The translations under genes and the position numbers were made by a program. This document shows, one piece after another, positions 10,158-20,272 of a stretch of 64,000 bases of DNA. The notes under the pieces were generated by a model. That model saw only the letters and a program-made list of their open reading frames with translations, was not told the origin of the DNA and did no database searches. The stretch is from positions 14,187-78,186 of the forward strand of contig CACMXM010000001.1 in the NCBI GenBank assembly GCA_902617645.1. The letters run 5' to 3'. Positions within the stretch are counted from its first letter, which is position 1; every line of letters begins with the position of its first letter. This stretch comes from an uncultured Pelagibacteraceae bacterium (GTDB lineage: Bacteria; Pseudomonadota; Alphaproteobacteria; Pelagibacterales; Pelagibacteraceae).

Positions 10158-11555
10158 ATGTCAAAAGTAGCAACAAGATTTGCTCCATCTCCTACTGGTC
10201 CATTACATATTGGTGGGGTTAGGACCGCCTTATTTAATTGGTTATATTCTAAAAAACAAAACGGTAAATTCTACTTAAGAGTAGAAGATACAGACAAAGA
10301 AAGATCTAAAGACGAATATAAAGATCAAATAATACAATCGCTTAAATGGATTGGTATAAATTATGATGGAGAAGAATATATTCAATCAGAGAAAGTAAAA
10401 TATCATATTAAAATTGCAAATGAGCTTCTTAAAAATGGTCATGCATATAAATGTTATTGTTCAAGCGAAGAAATTGAGGAACAAAAAAAAAGAGCAAGAC
10501 AAAAAAAAATTCCTTATATTTATGATAGAAAATGGAGAGATAAAAAAGAATCTGATGCTCCAGAAGATATCAAGCCAGTTATAAGGTTTAAAAGTAAGAT
10601 AGATGGAACATCAGTATTAAAAGATTTAGTTCAAGGTCATGTTGAAATTGAAAATAACACTATTGAGGATTTTGTTATCTTAAGAAATGATGGAACTCCA
10701 ACATATAATTTATCGGCATCAGTAGATGACCATCAAATGAATATGACGCACATTATTAGAGGTGATGATCATAAAATAAATACCTTTAAACAAATACAAA
10801 TTTATGAAGCTATGAAATGGGAGGTGCCATCATTTGCTCATATACCATTGATACACACAATTGAAGGAAAGAAACTATCAAAGAGAGATCAAGCTTCTAC
10901 ATTAGATGATTACTCCAAAATTGGTATTATGCCAGATGCTCTAAGAAATTATCTTTTAAGATTAGGATGGTCTTATAAAGATAAGGAAATATTTACATTA
11001 GAAGAAAGTATAAAATTTTTTAATTTAGATGGTATTGGAAAATCTCCTTCCAAACTTGATATGAGTAGAATTTTATCAATGAATGAGCACTATATTAAAA
11101 ATATTAATGAGAATGATTTATTTATTCAATTAACTGAATATTGCAAATCATATAAAAGTGAAATTAAGCCTGATAAGAAAGAAAAGATCAGAAAATCACT
11201 TACTTTCTTAAAGAATAAAGCAAAAACTTTAGAAGATATATTTAATAATGGTCAATATATTATTAAAGATGAGGTTAATTTTAATAAGGATGATATTAAA
11301 TTAATTGATGATAAAGCAAGAAAAGTAATTTCCGATTTTAATGCTCAATTTGAAAAAATAGATCTGCCTTCTCGAGAAATTTTAGAACCAATAGTAAATG
11401 GGCTCATAAAATCTCACGATACAAATTTTAAGGGGGTTGGCCAACCATTAAGGATTGCCCTAACAGGTTCGAAGTTTGGACCTGGTATATATGATATAAT
11501 TCTATCCTTAGGAAAAGACGAAGTTCAAAAACGATTAAGTGCTAAGATAGCTTGA
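10158..11555 (+). CDS. gltX: Glutamate--tRNA ligase
   Basis: Motifs RFAPSPTGPLHIGG, LRVEDTD, IIRGDDH and KLSKR. Confidence 0.98.
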   Translation: MSKVATRFAPSPTGPLHIGGVRTALFNWLYSKKQNGKFYLRVEDTDKERSKDEYKDQIIQSLKWIGINYDGEEYIQSEKVKYHIKIANELLKNGHAYKCYCSSEEIEEQKKRARQKKIPYIYDRKWRDKKESDAPEDIKPVIRFKSKIDGTSVLKDLVQGHVEIENNTIEDFVILRNDGTPTYNLSASVDDHQMNMTHIIRGDDHKINTFKQIQIYEAMKWEVPSFAHIPLIHTIEGKKLSKRDQASTLDDYSKIGIMPDALRNYLLRLGWSYKDKEIFTLEESIKFFNLDGIGKSPSKLDMSRILSMNEHYIKNINENDLFIQLTEYCKSYKSEIKPDKKEKIRKSLTFLKNKAKTLEDIFNNGQYIIKDEVNFNKDDIKLIDDKARKVISDFNAQFEKIDLPSREILEPIVNGLIKSHDTNFKGVGQPLRIALTGSKFGPGIYDIILSLGKDEVQKRLSAKIA

Positions 11556-12671
11556 AACTACCTCTGAGGCTTCTGATGATGAAGAAGTTTTAGATTTTAT
11601 CTCATTTAACGTATTATTCACATCGAGAATTTGTTTTTTCATAAGTTCAGGATTTTTTAAGAAGTATACTACAGATCTAAAAATTTCTTTTGCATTACAT
11701 TCTTTTTGAATCAATTCTGGAATTATTTCTTTTTGGTTAATTATATTAATTATATTTGCAAATTTTGTCTTAACTAAAAATTTTACAATAAAAAAATTAA
11801 TAAAATTCATTTTATAAATTATGATAGAAGGAACGTTTGCATTGCAGATTTCAAGGGAAACAGTTCCAGATTTCACCACAGCAAATACTGAGTTTGATAA
11901 GATTTGTGATTTTATATTTTCTTCTGATATAACATCAACATTATCAAAATTTGTTTTTTTAATCTCGTCTTTTATCAAAACTTTATTTTGATCTGTTGCA
12001 TGAAAAATAAAATTATATTCGTTAAATTTTTCATTCATTAATTTAATAAAATCTATTAAGATTGGTAAAAGAATGTTTGTTTCTGATGTTCGGCTTCCAG
12101 CAAATAAAGATATAATCTTTTTATTTTCATTAATTATATTTGATAAATTTGTTTTAACATTTTCTTTATTTTCTAGTAAAGGATGACCAACAAAAGTATT
12201 CTTAATACTTTCTTTATCAAAATATTTTTTTTCAAAATTAAATAATAATAGAACATGATCTAAAAACTTTTTAAAATTCTTAACCCTACCCTCTCTCCAT
12301 ACCCATACTTGTGGTGCAACATAATGTATTGTTTTAATATTAGGGTTGATACTTTTTACTTTTTCAGCAACTCTTAAAGTAAAATCTGGACTATCTACAC
12401 TAAATAGAATATCGGGATTAAATTCAATTATCTTTTTTACAGTTTCATCTATTTTGTTTCTGATTTTAAACAAATTTAAGATAACACTGGTAAATCCAAT
12501 ATAAGTTATCTCTTTAAGATCATATATTGATTTTACCCCAAGTTTATTTAAATGAGATCCTCCAACACTTAAATATTCTATATCAGAATGATTTTGTTTA
12601 AGCTTATCAATTACGGTTGATGCTAATTTGTCTCCTGAAGGTTCACCAGTTAATACAAAAATTTTTTTCAT
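11535..12671 (-). CDS. lpxB: Lipid-A-disaccharide synthase
   Basis: Motifs GEPSGD, DSPDF, HYVAPQVWVWR, FVGHPL and SGTVSLE. Confidence 0.97.
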   Translation of the reverse strand: MKKIFVLTGEPSGDKLASTVIDKLKQNHSDIEYLSVGGSHLNKLGVKSIYDLKEITYIGFTSVILNLFKIRNKIDETVKKIIEFNPDILFSVDSPDFTLRVAEKVKSINPNIKTIHYVAPQVWVWREGRVKNFKKFLDHVLLLFNFEKKYFDKESIKNTFVGHPLLENKENVKTNLSNIINENKKIISLFAGSRTSETNILLPILIDFIKLMNEKFNEYNFIFHATDQNKVLIKDEIKKTNFDNVDVISEENIKSQILSNSVFAVVKSGTVSLEICNANVPSIIIYKMNFINFFIVKFLVKTKFANIINIINQKEIIPELIQKECNAKEIFRSVVYFLKNPELMKKQILDVNNTLNEIKSKTSSSSEASEVVSSYLST

Positions 12672-13462
12672 TTCACGGAGATAAACATCCTATTTCTATT
12701 AGCAAAGCTAATACATTTATTCTTGTCTAAGAATATATGTTGTTTACTTTTTACAACAATACCTTTTAATCCAGCTGCCTTACATTGTTTAAACGTTTTG
12801 AATCCAATAGTAGGTAAATCAACTCTGAGGTCTTGTTTTTTTTTGGGAAACTTAACTAATACACCGTCATTTTGAAATTTTTTATTTTTACTTTTTTCGA
12901 GTAATTTTTTCGTTCCACCTTTTCCTTCTATAAAGACTATTTTTTTATTTCTGACCACTACACCTTGACTATAATTGTACTGTTTTAAGCTATTTAGCGT
13001 TTTAATGGCCTTTTTAATTTCTAATTGATCTTTATTATTGGGCTTAAAATTTGAATAATTACCCTTTTTAAGGGTTAGCTCTGGATTAAATTTAAGTGAA
13101 TTTTCAGTTTTTATTTTATTTTGAGCTAGTATTTTTATGATTTCTTTCAAAATTGCAGCATCACCAAGCTTCGATGCTTTAATAATTCTTGGAATATAAT
13201 AAATTCCTTTAATGTCTAACTTTAACTTAGAAAAGTTTGGCTTATTAACTTTACCTGCAAATAAGACTTTTTTGCAACTATTTTCATTAAGAATTTTAAT
13301 TATTTTTCCAAATTGACCTATAGATACTGAATAAGATCTACTATCTTTTTTAAATTTCTTTGATTTAGATAAATCTATTATTAAGTATTTTATTTTTCTT
13401 TTCTTAACTGTTTTAAGTATTTCTTTTGGAAAATCTGTATCGCCAAAAATAAATCCTATCAT
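12668..13462 (-). CDS. lpxI: UDP-2,3-diacylglucosamine pyrophosphatase LpxI
   Basis: Lies between lpxA and lpxB; motifs AGKV.KP, GDAAIL, EGKGGT and K..QDLRVDLPTIG. Confidence 0.9.
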   Translation of the reverse strand: MIGFIFGDTDFPKEILKTVKKRKIKYLIIDLSKSKKFKKDSRSYSVSIGQFGKIIKILNENSCKKVLFAGKVNKPNFSKLKLDIKGIYYIPRIIKASKLGDAAILKEIIKILAQNKIKTENSLKFNPELTLKKGNYSNFKPNNKDQLEIKKAIKTLNSLKQYNYSQGVVVRNKKIVFIEGKGGTKKLLEKSKNKKFQNDGVLVKFPKKKQDLRVDLPTIGFKTFKQCKAAGLKGIVVKSKQHIFLDKNKCISFANRNRMFISVK

Positions 13463-13463
13463 C

Positions 13464-14240
13464 TTATGAGAATGGGGTGCAAATAGACCTTTTTTTATCC
13501 TTAGTAATAAATTCTATTACCTCTTTAACTAATGGATTTTCCTTAAATGAACCGTTTAATTTACTTATATTTTCGTTAATATTTTTAGAGGCAAAAATCT
13601 CCTTATAGGCTTCGCTTAAACCTAAAATATCTTTATTTTCAAATTTTGCTCTTCTCAAACCTATTAAATTTAATCCTTGTAATGAATTTCTATTTCCTGT
13701 TGATAACCCATAAGGAATAACATCGTGCAGAACTCCTGTCATTCCTCCAATCATTGCCATTTTACCAATTCTTGTAAACTGTTGAACAGCAGAGTTCCCA
13801 CCTATAACTACATTATCTTCAATAACAGCATGACCACCTAAAGGTACATTATTTGCTATAATGACATTATTACCAATCTGGCAATCATGGGCTATATGAG
13901 ATGAAATCATAAATAAACAATTATTTCCAATTATAGTTTTACTTCCACCACCAATTGTTCCAGGGTTAATGGTTACATATTCTCTTATTTTATTATTATC
14001 TCCGATAACTAAATTTGTTTCTTCACCATTATATTTTAAGTCTTGTGGGTCATTTATTGAAACAAATGGATAAATCTTATTCGCTTTTCCAATTTTAGTA
14101 TTTCCGGTAATGCTTACATGCGATTGAATTTCTGTATTCTCTCCAATTTCTACATTGGGACCAATGATAGAATATGGTCCAACTTTAACACTCGAATGCA
14201 CTTTTGCGTCTTTATTAATTATGGCTGTTTTATCTATCAT
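13464..14240 (-). CDS. lpxA: UDP-N-acetylglucosamine O-acyltransferase
   Basis: Hexapeptide repeats; motifs PQDLKY, HIAHDC and GLNLIGLRR. Confidence 0.97.
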   Translation of the reverse strand: MIDKTAIINKDAKVHSSVKVGPYSIIGPNVEIGENTEIQSHVSITGNTKIGKANKIYPFVSINDPQDLKYNGEETNLVIGDNNKIREYVTINPGTIGGGSKTIIGNNCLFMISSHIAHDCQIGNNVIIANNVPLGGHAVIEDNVVIGGNSAVQQFTRIGKMAMIGGMTGVLHDVIPYGLSTGNRNSLQGLNLIGLRRAKFENKDILGLSEAYKEIFASKNINENISKLNGSFKENPLVKEVIEFITKDKKRSICTPFS

Positions 14241-15214
14241 TTATTTTCTCTTATAAAATTTTTTAAATCTTTTGCTGGATAACCCATTACTTTAGAATTA
14301 TCAGGAATATTCTTTATAACACCGCTACCACCACCTATTTGTACATTGTTACCAATCTTAAGATGACCTGAAATACCTGCCTGACCTCCAATCATAACAT
14401 TATTTCCTAAAGTAGAACTTCCAGCAAAACCTACTTGTCCTGCAATAATACAATTCTCACCTATTTTTACATTGTGAGCTATATGTATTTGATTATCTAA
14501 ATATGTATTTTTTCCTATGATTGTGTTCGAAAGAGATCCCCTATCAATTGTAGATCCACAACCAATTTCTACATTATCTTCAATTATTACAATGCCTATT
14601 TGAGGATACCGAATGTTTGAATCCTTATTTGGAAAAAAACCAAAGCCTTTTTTTCCAATAACACAACCATCTAAAATATGAACGTTGTTTTTAATTAATG
14701 AATTTCTAATAATTACATTTGATCCTATAGAGCAATTATCACCTACATTAACATTTTTTTCTATAATTGAATTATGACCAATTAAACTATTAGCGCCAAT
14801 TTTTACATTTTCACCGATAAGAACATTTTTTCCAAATTTAACTTTTTCTTTAAATTCTGTCTCATTTATATCTTTTACAGTATTATCATAATCATCCGTT
14901 ATGGAGTCTGGATAAAAAATTTTTGTTATTTGAGCAGTATGTAATAAAATCTTATCAGAAATAATAGCCTTACAATTATTTGGTAAAAACGATTGAAAAT
15001 TTTTAGATGTTAGGCAATACGAAGCTTTAGTTTTTTTCGCTAAATTAGCATATCTCTTTGAATGAAAAAAAGTAATTTCATTTTTTTGAGATGAGTTCAA
15101 ATCTTTAATATCAGTAATTAGATCATCAGGTAAATTAAAATTCTTTAAATTAATTGTCTTAAGTAAAAAATTTATATTGTGAGGACCCGTATTTTTAAAA
15201 AAAGGATTAATCAT
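14237..15214 (-). CDS. lpxD: UDP-3-O-acyl-glucosamine N-acyltransferase
   Basis: Hexapeptide repeats; motifs GFGF, IDRG and LDNQIHIAHNV. I prefer the ATG at 15214 (MINPFF) to the upstream non-ATG start in the track. Confidence 0.96.
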   Translation of the reverse strand: MINPFFKNTGPHNINFLLKTINLKNFNLPDDLITDIKDLNSSQKNEITFFHSKRYANLAKKTKASYCLTSKNFQSFLPNNCKAIISDKILLHTAQITKIFYPDSITDDYDNTVKDINETEFKEKVKFGKNVLIGENVKIGANSLIGHNSIIEKNVNVGDNCSIGSNVIIRNSLIKNNVHILDGCVIGKKGFGFFPNKDSNIRYPQIGIVIIEDNVEIGCGSTIDRGSLSNTIIGKNTYLDNQIHIAHNVKIGENCIIAGQVGFAGSSTLGNNVMIGGQAGISGHLKIGNNVQIGGGSGVIKNIPDNSKVMGYPAKDLKNFIRENK

Positions 15215-15268
15215 TAATAAGTTTAATATCAAAACTTATTTTAAATGCTTATCAAGATTTATTGCTAA

Positions 15269-15718
15269 TTATTTCCTGTCAACTATAGTAGCAGACCATA
15301 AGGCATCAGCCATTTTTTTTCCATCTACAAAAGCCTCACCTTTATATTTCCATACTCGACCATGAGATCTAACAGCATCTATTAATAACTCTAGCCTACA
15401 ATTTGGTATAACTGGATTTCTAAATCTTGCTTTTTCAACGCTCATTAAATATACAAGCTTATTCTCGTATGTTGATTTATCAATTCCGTGGGCAGTAAGC
15501 GCAGCTGCAGCTTGACCGAAAGCCTCTACTATTAATACTCCTGGCATTACTGGTTGACCTGGAAAATGACCCTGAACATAAAAACTATCTTTTTTTACAT
15601 TAACGATTGCTTTTGCTGATTTAAGTTTAACTATATCAATCAATTCATCAATAAGCAGCATTGGTTCCCTGTGCGGAAGCAACTTAGTAATTTCATCTTT
15701 TGATAATTTTTTAGACAT
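15269..15718 (-). CDS. fabZ: 3-hydroxyacyl-ACP dehydratase
   Basis: Motifs LPHREPMLLID and GHFPGQPVMPGVLIVEAFGQ; ATG at 15718. Confidence 0.97.
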   Translation of the reverse strand: MSKKLSKDEITKLLPHREPMLLIDELIDIVKLKSAKAIVNVKKDSFYVQGHFPGQPVMPGVLIVEAFGQAAAALTAHGIDKSTYENKLVYLMSVEKARFRNPVIPNCRLELLIDAVRSHGRVWKYKGEAFVDGKKMADALWSATIVDRK

Positions 15719-15719
15719 G

Positions 15720-16244
15720 CTAATCAAATTTTATTTGTTTTATTTTTTCATCAACAATTTTAAGAATATCAGCTGTTATATCTAATTCTTTTTTTCCCAT
15801 TATAATATTTTTTTTTTGTACTATAATTGAAATATTGTTTTTAGCTGCATAATCGCCTAAAATTGGTTTAATTTGATTTGAAAAATGTGCACTAGCCTGT
15901 ATTCTTCTTTGTGTGCTATCTTGAATAATATTTTGCCTTTTTGCTCTATATTCTCCAATCTCTTTTTTCAAATTTTCAAGTTTTGACTTAAATTCATCCT
16001 CGCTAATTACATTTTTTTTAGAAACTAGATCCTGTTCTTGTTTTTTTAAGTCTTCTTCTATTTTTTTAAATTTGTTTATATTCTTCTCATTTGATTTTGA
16101 AATTTTATCAATTATTTCTTTACCTGCTTTAGAATCTTTCATTATTTTTTCCATATTGATATAGACTATGCGTTCTGCATTTACATTTTGAAAATAAAAT
16201 ATGAAAACAAAGAAAAAAATTATAAGTATTTTTATAGATTGCAT
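15720..16244 (-). CDS. skp: Skp/OmpH periplasmic chaperone
   Basis: Signal peptide, long coiled coil and C-terminal LDITADIL; directly downstream of bamA. Confidence 0.88.
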   Translation of the reverse strand: MQSIKILIIFFFVFIFYFQNVNAERIVYINMEKIMKDSKAGKEIIDKISKSNEKNINKFKKIEEDLKKQEQDLVSKKNVISEDEFKSKLENLKKEIGEYRAKRQNIIQDSTQRRIQASAHFSNQIKPILGDYAAKNNISIIVQKKNIIMGKKELDITADILKIVDEKIKQIKFD

Positions 16245-18472
16245 TAGAAAGTTGTGCCAATATTAAATCTAACTGTCTCAGTTTTATCAGTATCTGCCTT
16301 TGAAATTGGCTGTGCAATAGAAAAATTTAAAGGACCTACAATTGTAAACCAATCAACACTCAGACCAACAGATGATCTTAAATGTGAATTATCGAGCGAG
16401 GTATCGTAATCCACACCCCATACATTTGCAGCATCAAAGAATATTTGAAAATCTATTGTTTCTAAATTTGCCCCAAATTCTGGAAGTGTGGTTGAAGCAT
16501 TTAACACTGCAGTATAATTTCCACCTATAAAATCTCCTGAGTCTTTAGGTCCTATTTTTCCTGACTCAAATCCTCGCAGTTTCTTTGATGGTATATATAA
16601 TCTTTTTGAAATTCTAACGTCTTCATCACCAATGGCGTTAATAGCAGACCCTTGTATTGATAATCTAGTGACCATATCAGAAATCTGGTTAAATGTAGTA
16701 AATTCGTAACTATTAAAAAAAGCTGTATCTTCTGAAACTATTGGTATTGATTGACTAAAACTACTTCTATACCCAGATGATGTCTGGAATCTTTGATTTC
16801 GTTTATCCAAATCCAATCCGTATGCAAATGATGTATCAAAATATTCACCTTCTTGCTTTTTTAAATTTGCAGTAGCAGATTGATTTGTATCTAATTTTTC
16901 ATGAAAAACTCTTAATTTAGGAGAAAAAAACACATCATCATATTGTTCCCATGCAGAACCTAAACTGAAACCAGTTTTTCCAGTCTCATAACCATAATCT
17001 GTTAACCTGTCAGTCACACTGCTTTCAATTGATGCTATTAACGTTTTGTCTGAGTAATTCCAATTAGGGTTTACAATTGAAAAAGCTCCTTTTATCGTTT
17101 CATCATTCAATCTAAGATTAGTATCTAAGGAAATATTTTTTCCTAAAAAATTATTTTCCTTTACTCCAAAACCAATTGTGCTTCCTTGGGTTCCCGCACC
17201 TGCAGAAGCAAATATTTCGCCAGTTGGTTTTTCAGAAACAGTAATATTCAGAGATTTTTTATCTTCATCTTCTGAAACAAGCTCATAATCAACTTTACTA
17301 AAAATGTTTAAAGCTTTTAGATTATTAATAGATTTTACTAACAACAATTCATTAAATGGATCACCCTCATCAACTTCTAGATTATCTCGAATAACTTTTT
17401 CCTCTGTTATATTATTACCAAAAACGTTTACTTTAGTTAGATATCTTTTCTCAAATTCTTTAATTTCAAAAGTTAGTTCTATTTCATTTTCACTAGTAAC
17501 TTTTTCTTTAAATGTAGCATTAATAAACTCGTAATCGTTCCTGTATGTTAGATTATCAACTTCTTTAGCAATTTTATTTAATTTATTAAGTGAATAAAAC
17601 TTTCCTTCAAGTTTAATCAGTTTTTCTTTTATTTTATTAAAATCTTTTTCGTTATAATCATCAGGAAGAACCAAAGAACTTTTTATAATCCTAAATTTTG
17701 GTCCTGCATTTATGTTATATTGTAATTTAAAATTATTATTTTCCGTAAGTTCTATATTACTATCATTAATCACAACTTTATAATGACCTTTATTTAAGTA
17801 ATAATTTTTTAAAAGTCTTTTATCTAATTTAATATTTTCAGAATTTATAAACTTTCTATTAGTTATAAATTTCCAAAATCTACTTTCTTCACTTATAATT
17901 ATATTTCTTAATAATCTGTCTTTGTAATATTTATCTCCAGTAAATTCTATAGACTTAATATATGCTTTTTCTCCAAGATTAATGTCGTATATTAAATTTA
18001 CTGTATTATTTTCATTAGAAATTATTTTTTCTGAAACAGATGAAAAGTAATAACCAGAATTTTTTAATATTTTTTGAATTCTATCTATGTCACTAGATAC
18101 GTAATTTTCAACAAATGGATTTTTATCTTTTAATAATAATTGTTTCTTTAAAATATCTACTAGTTCTGTTTTTTTTATACCATTTATTTTTATTTCTTGA
18201 ATAATTTTATTTTCTGTAACATCGATTGTTAATATTCCATTATCCAAATTAAGAGATAAATTTGAAAAAAAATTTGTTTGATATAGATCTTTAATTATTT
18301 GATCTAAATCGTTTAAGTCATAGTTTTTACCTATTTCAATATTTGAAAAAACAAGAATAGTCTCTTTAGTAATTCTGTCATTATTGACAATATTTACCTT
18401 ATTAATAATTTCTGAATAGCATTTTGAAGCTAAAAAAATTGTAAATAAGATTATGTATAAAAATTTATGCAT
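16244..18472 (-). CDS. bamA: Outer membrane protein assembly factor BamA
   Basis: Signal peptide, POTRA-like repeats, LRGF (VRGF-like) loop motif and C-terminal RFNIGTTF. Confidence 0.96.
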   Translation of the reverse strand: MHKFLYIILFTIFLASKCYSEIINKVNIVNNDRITKETILVFSNIEIGKNYDLNDLDQIIKDLYQTNFFSNLSLNLDNGILTIDVTENKIIQEIKINGIKKTELVDILKKQLLLKDKNPFVENYVSSDIDRIQKILKNSGYYFSSVSEKIISNENNTVNLIYDINLGEKAYIKSIEFTGDKYYKDRLLRNIIISEESRFWKFITNRKFINSENIKLDKRLLKNYYLNKGHYKVVINDSNIELTENNNFKLQYNINAGPKFRIIKSSLVLPDDYNEKDFNKIKEKLIKLEGKFYSLNKLNKIAKEVDNLTYRNDYEFINATFKEKVTSENEIELTFEIKEFEKRYLTKVNVFGNNITEEKVIRDNLEVDEGDPFNELLLVKSINNLKALNIFSKVDYELVSEDEDKKSLNITVSEKPTGEIFASAGAGTQGSTIGFGVKENNFLGKNISLDTNLRLNDETIKGAFSIVNPNWNYSDKTLIASIESSVTDRLTDYGYETGKTGFSLGSAWEQYDDVFFSPKLRVFHEKLDTNQSATANLKKQEGEYFDTSFAYGLDLDKRNQRFQTSSGYRSSFSQSIPIVSEDTAFFNSYEFTTFNQISDMVTRLSIQGSAINAIGDEDVRISKRLYIPSKKLRGFESGKIGPKDSGDFIGGNYTAVLNASTTLPEFGANLETIDFQIFFDAANVWGVDYDTSLDNSHLRSSVGLSVDWFTIVGPLNFSIAQPISKADTDKTETVRFNIGTTF

Positions 18473-19643
18473 TGGAATTGGATCTTACACATAAAGTTCT
18501 AGTTTTCAATCTAACATATCTATTTAAATGCATAATTTGAGCTAAATTATTAGGTTTTTTTGATCTTAATTTTTTAAATTCTTTTAGATTTAATATTGAA
18601 ATTAAGTTTGTTGAAATATCTAAAAAATTAATTTTTTTTTTTAGAAATAGATCTACAAGTTCATCATTAGCGCTAACTAAAACAGTTTCTAAGAGACTAT
18701 TTTTTTTATAATTAAATAAATTAATTAACCTAAGGGATGGGAATTGTTTGAGACTAATATAATTTAAGTTCAAATCATTTAATTTCTTAATATCCAAATC
18801 ATTTGATTTAATTTTTGCTGTTTGATTGTTATACAGGGTATTAAAAATCGGTATTTTCATATTAGTATCGTGTATTAAAATTTTTGTAAGTCCATTTTTA
18901 AATTTTACAATTGCATGTACGTAAGAATTTGGGTGTGAGAGAATTTTAATGTTTTTAATATCTATATTAAAAATCTTATTTGCTTCTATTAATTCAAAAA
19001 GCTTGTTAACCATTGTGGCTGAATCAATTGAGATTTTTTTTCCCATTTTCCATTTAGGATGTTTAATCGCGTGTTTTGGTTTGATGTTCATTAGATTTCT
19101 TCTTTTTTTATTCAAGAAAGGTCCACCAGATGCAGTAATAAATATTTTATCAATTTCATGATTATTATTTTCAGTTAATTTCCATATAGAAAAGTGCTCT
19201 GAGTCAACAGGAATAAATTTTGTTTTATTTTTTTTTAACTCAGATTGAATTAAATTCCATCCACAAATTATTGACTCCTTATTTGCAATTGCTAATAACT
19301 TTGTATGCTTAATAATCTCTATTGTAGGTTGTAGACCATTAAAACCTGTAATAGAGCTCATTACATAATCAACTTTTTTAGAAAAAATTTTTTCAAAACA
19401 TGAATAATCGTTAAAAATTTTTATTTTTTTATTTTTTTTCTTAAAGAAAGTAAATTTTTTTTTATTACTTATTATAATTGATCTTGGCCGAAATATTTTA
19501 ATCTGTTTTGAGATCTCTTTAATATTAGAATTAGTTGAGAGAAGTATTACATTAAAATTATTTTTATCGTTTTTAATAACCTCTAGTGTTTGTTTGCCTA
19601 TAGAGCCAGTTGAACCAAGAATTGCTATATTTTTCTTTGTCAT
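18465..19643 (-). CDS. dxr: 1-deoxy-D-xylulose-5-phosphate reductoisomerase
   Basis: Motifs ILGSTGSIG, ANKES, PVDSEH, TASGGPF and HPKWKMGKKISIDSATMVNK. Confidence 0.97.
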   Translation of the reverse strand: MTKKNIAILGSTGSIGKQTLEVIKNDKNNFNVILLSTNSNIKEISKQIKIFRPRSIIISNKKKFTFFKKKNKKIKIFNDYSCFEKIFSKKVDYVMSSITGFNGLQPTIEIIKHTKLLAIANKESIICGWNLIQSELKKNKTKFIPVDSEHFSIWKLTENNNHEIDKIFITASGGPFLNKKRRNLMNIKPKHAIKHPKWKMGKKISIDSATMVNKLFELIEANKIFNIDIKNIKILSHPNSYVHAIVKFKNGLTKILIHDTNMKIPIFNTLYNNQTAKIKSNDLDIKKLNDLNLNYISLKQFPSLRLINLFNYKKNSLLETVLVSANDELVDLFLKKKINFLDISTNLISILNLKEFKKLRSKKPNNLAQIMHLNRYVRLKTRTLCVRSNSNA

Positions 19644-20272
19644 ATTAAAAATAATAATAAAAAAACAGTTGGGAAAACAAAAATCATACCATCAATTCTA
19701 TCAAGTAAACCACCATGACCGGGAAGAATATTTCCAGTATTTTTAATTTTACAAATTCTTTTAAAATAGGAAATAATCAAATCTCCTATTTGACTAATAG
19801 ACGATATCATTAAAACAATTATTACGAAATCAATATTAGATAAATTTTTTTGATTTTCAAAATCAGACGATAATTCTAATAAATATGAAAAAAAAATTGC
19901 TAACAAAATTCCACCCAACATTCCTGAGTAAGTTTTATTTGGGCTAATTTTTGATAATTTTGGGCCTTTAAAAAATTTTCCAAAAAAATAACCACCTATA
20001 TCATTTGATATACAAATAATTATTATGAATAAAAAAAAATCTAAACCTTTCTCTCTAATGTAGAATGCAGTTAAAAAGGAAATTATTAAAAAGGCAAGAC
20101 CAATAGCTTTTAAAAAAAATATTTTTGTCATTTTTAACCATTCATAGGAGGAAATTAAAAACAATATAAATAAGAAAGTTATAAAAAAAAATGACCCTTT
20201 TAAAATAAAATAAAAGGTTAATGGTGTTATAACTAGTATGGTAAGTATTCTTTTTTGAAGCTCATTTTTCAT
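19640..20272 (-). CDS. cdsA: Phosphatidate cytidylyltransferase
   Basis: Membrane protein with ISPNKT, GDLIISYFKR and PGHGGLLDRID. Confidence 0.96.
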   Translation of the reverse strand: MKNELQKRILTILVITPLTFYFILKGSFFFITFLFILFLISSYEWLKMTKIFFLKAIGLAFLIISFLTAFYIREKGLDFFLFIIIICISNDIGGYFFGKFFKGPKLSKISPNKTYSGMLGGILLAIFFSYLLELSSDFENQKNLSNIDFVIIVLMISSISQIGDLIISYFKRICKIKNTGNILPGHGGLLDRIDGMIFVFPTVFLLLFLI

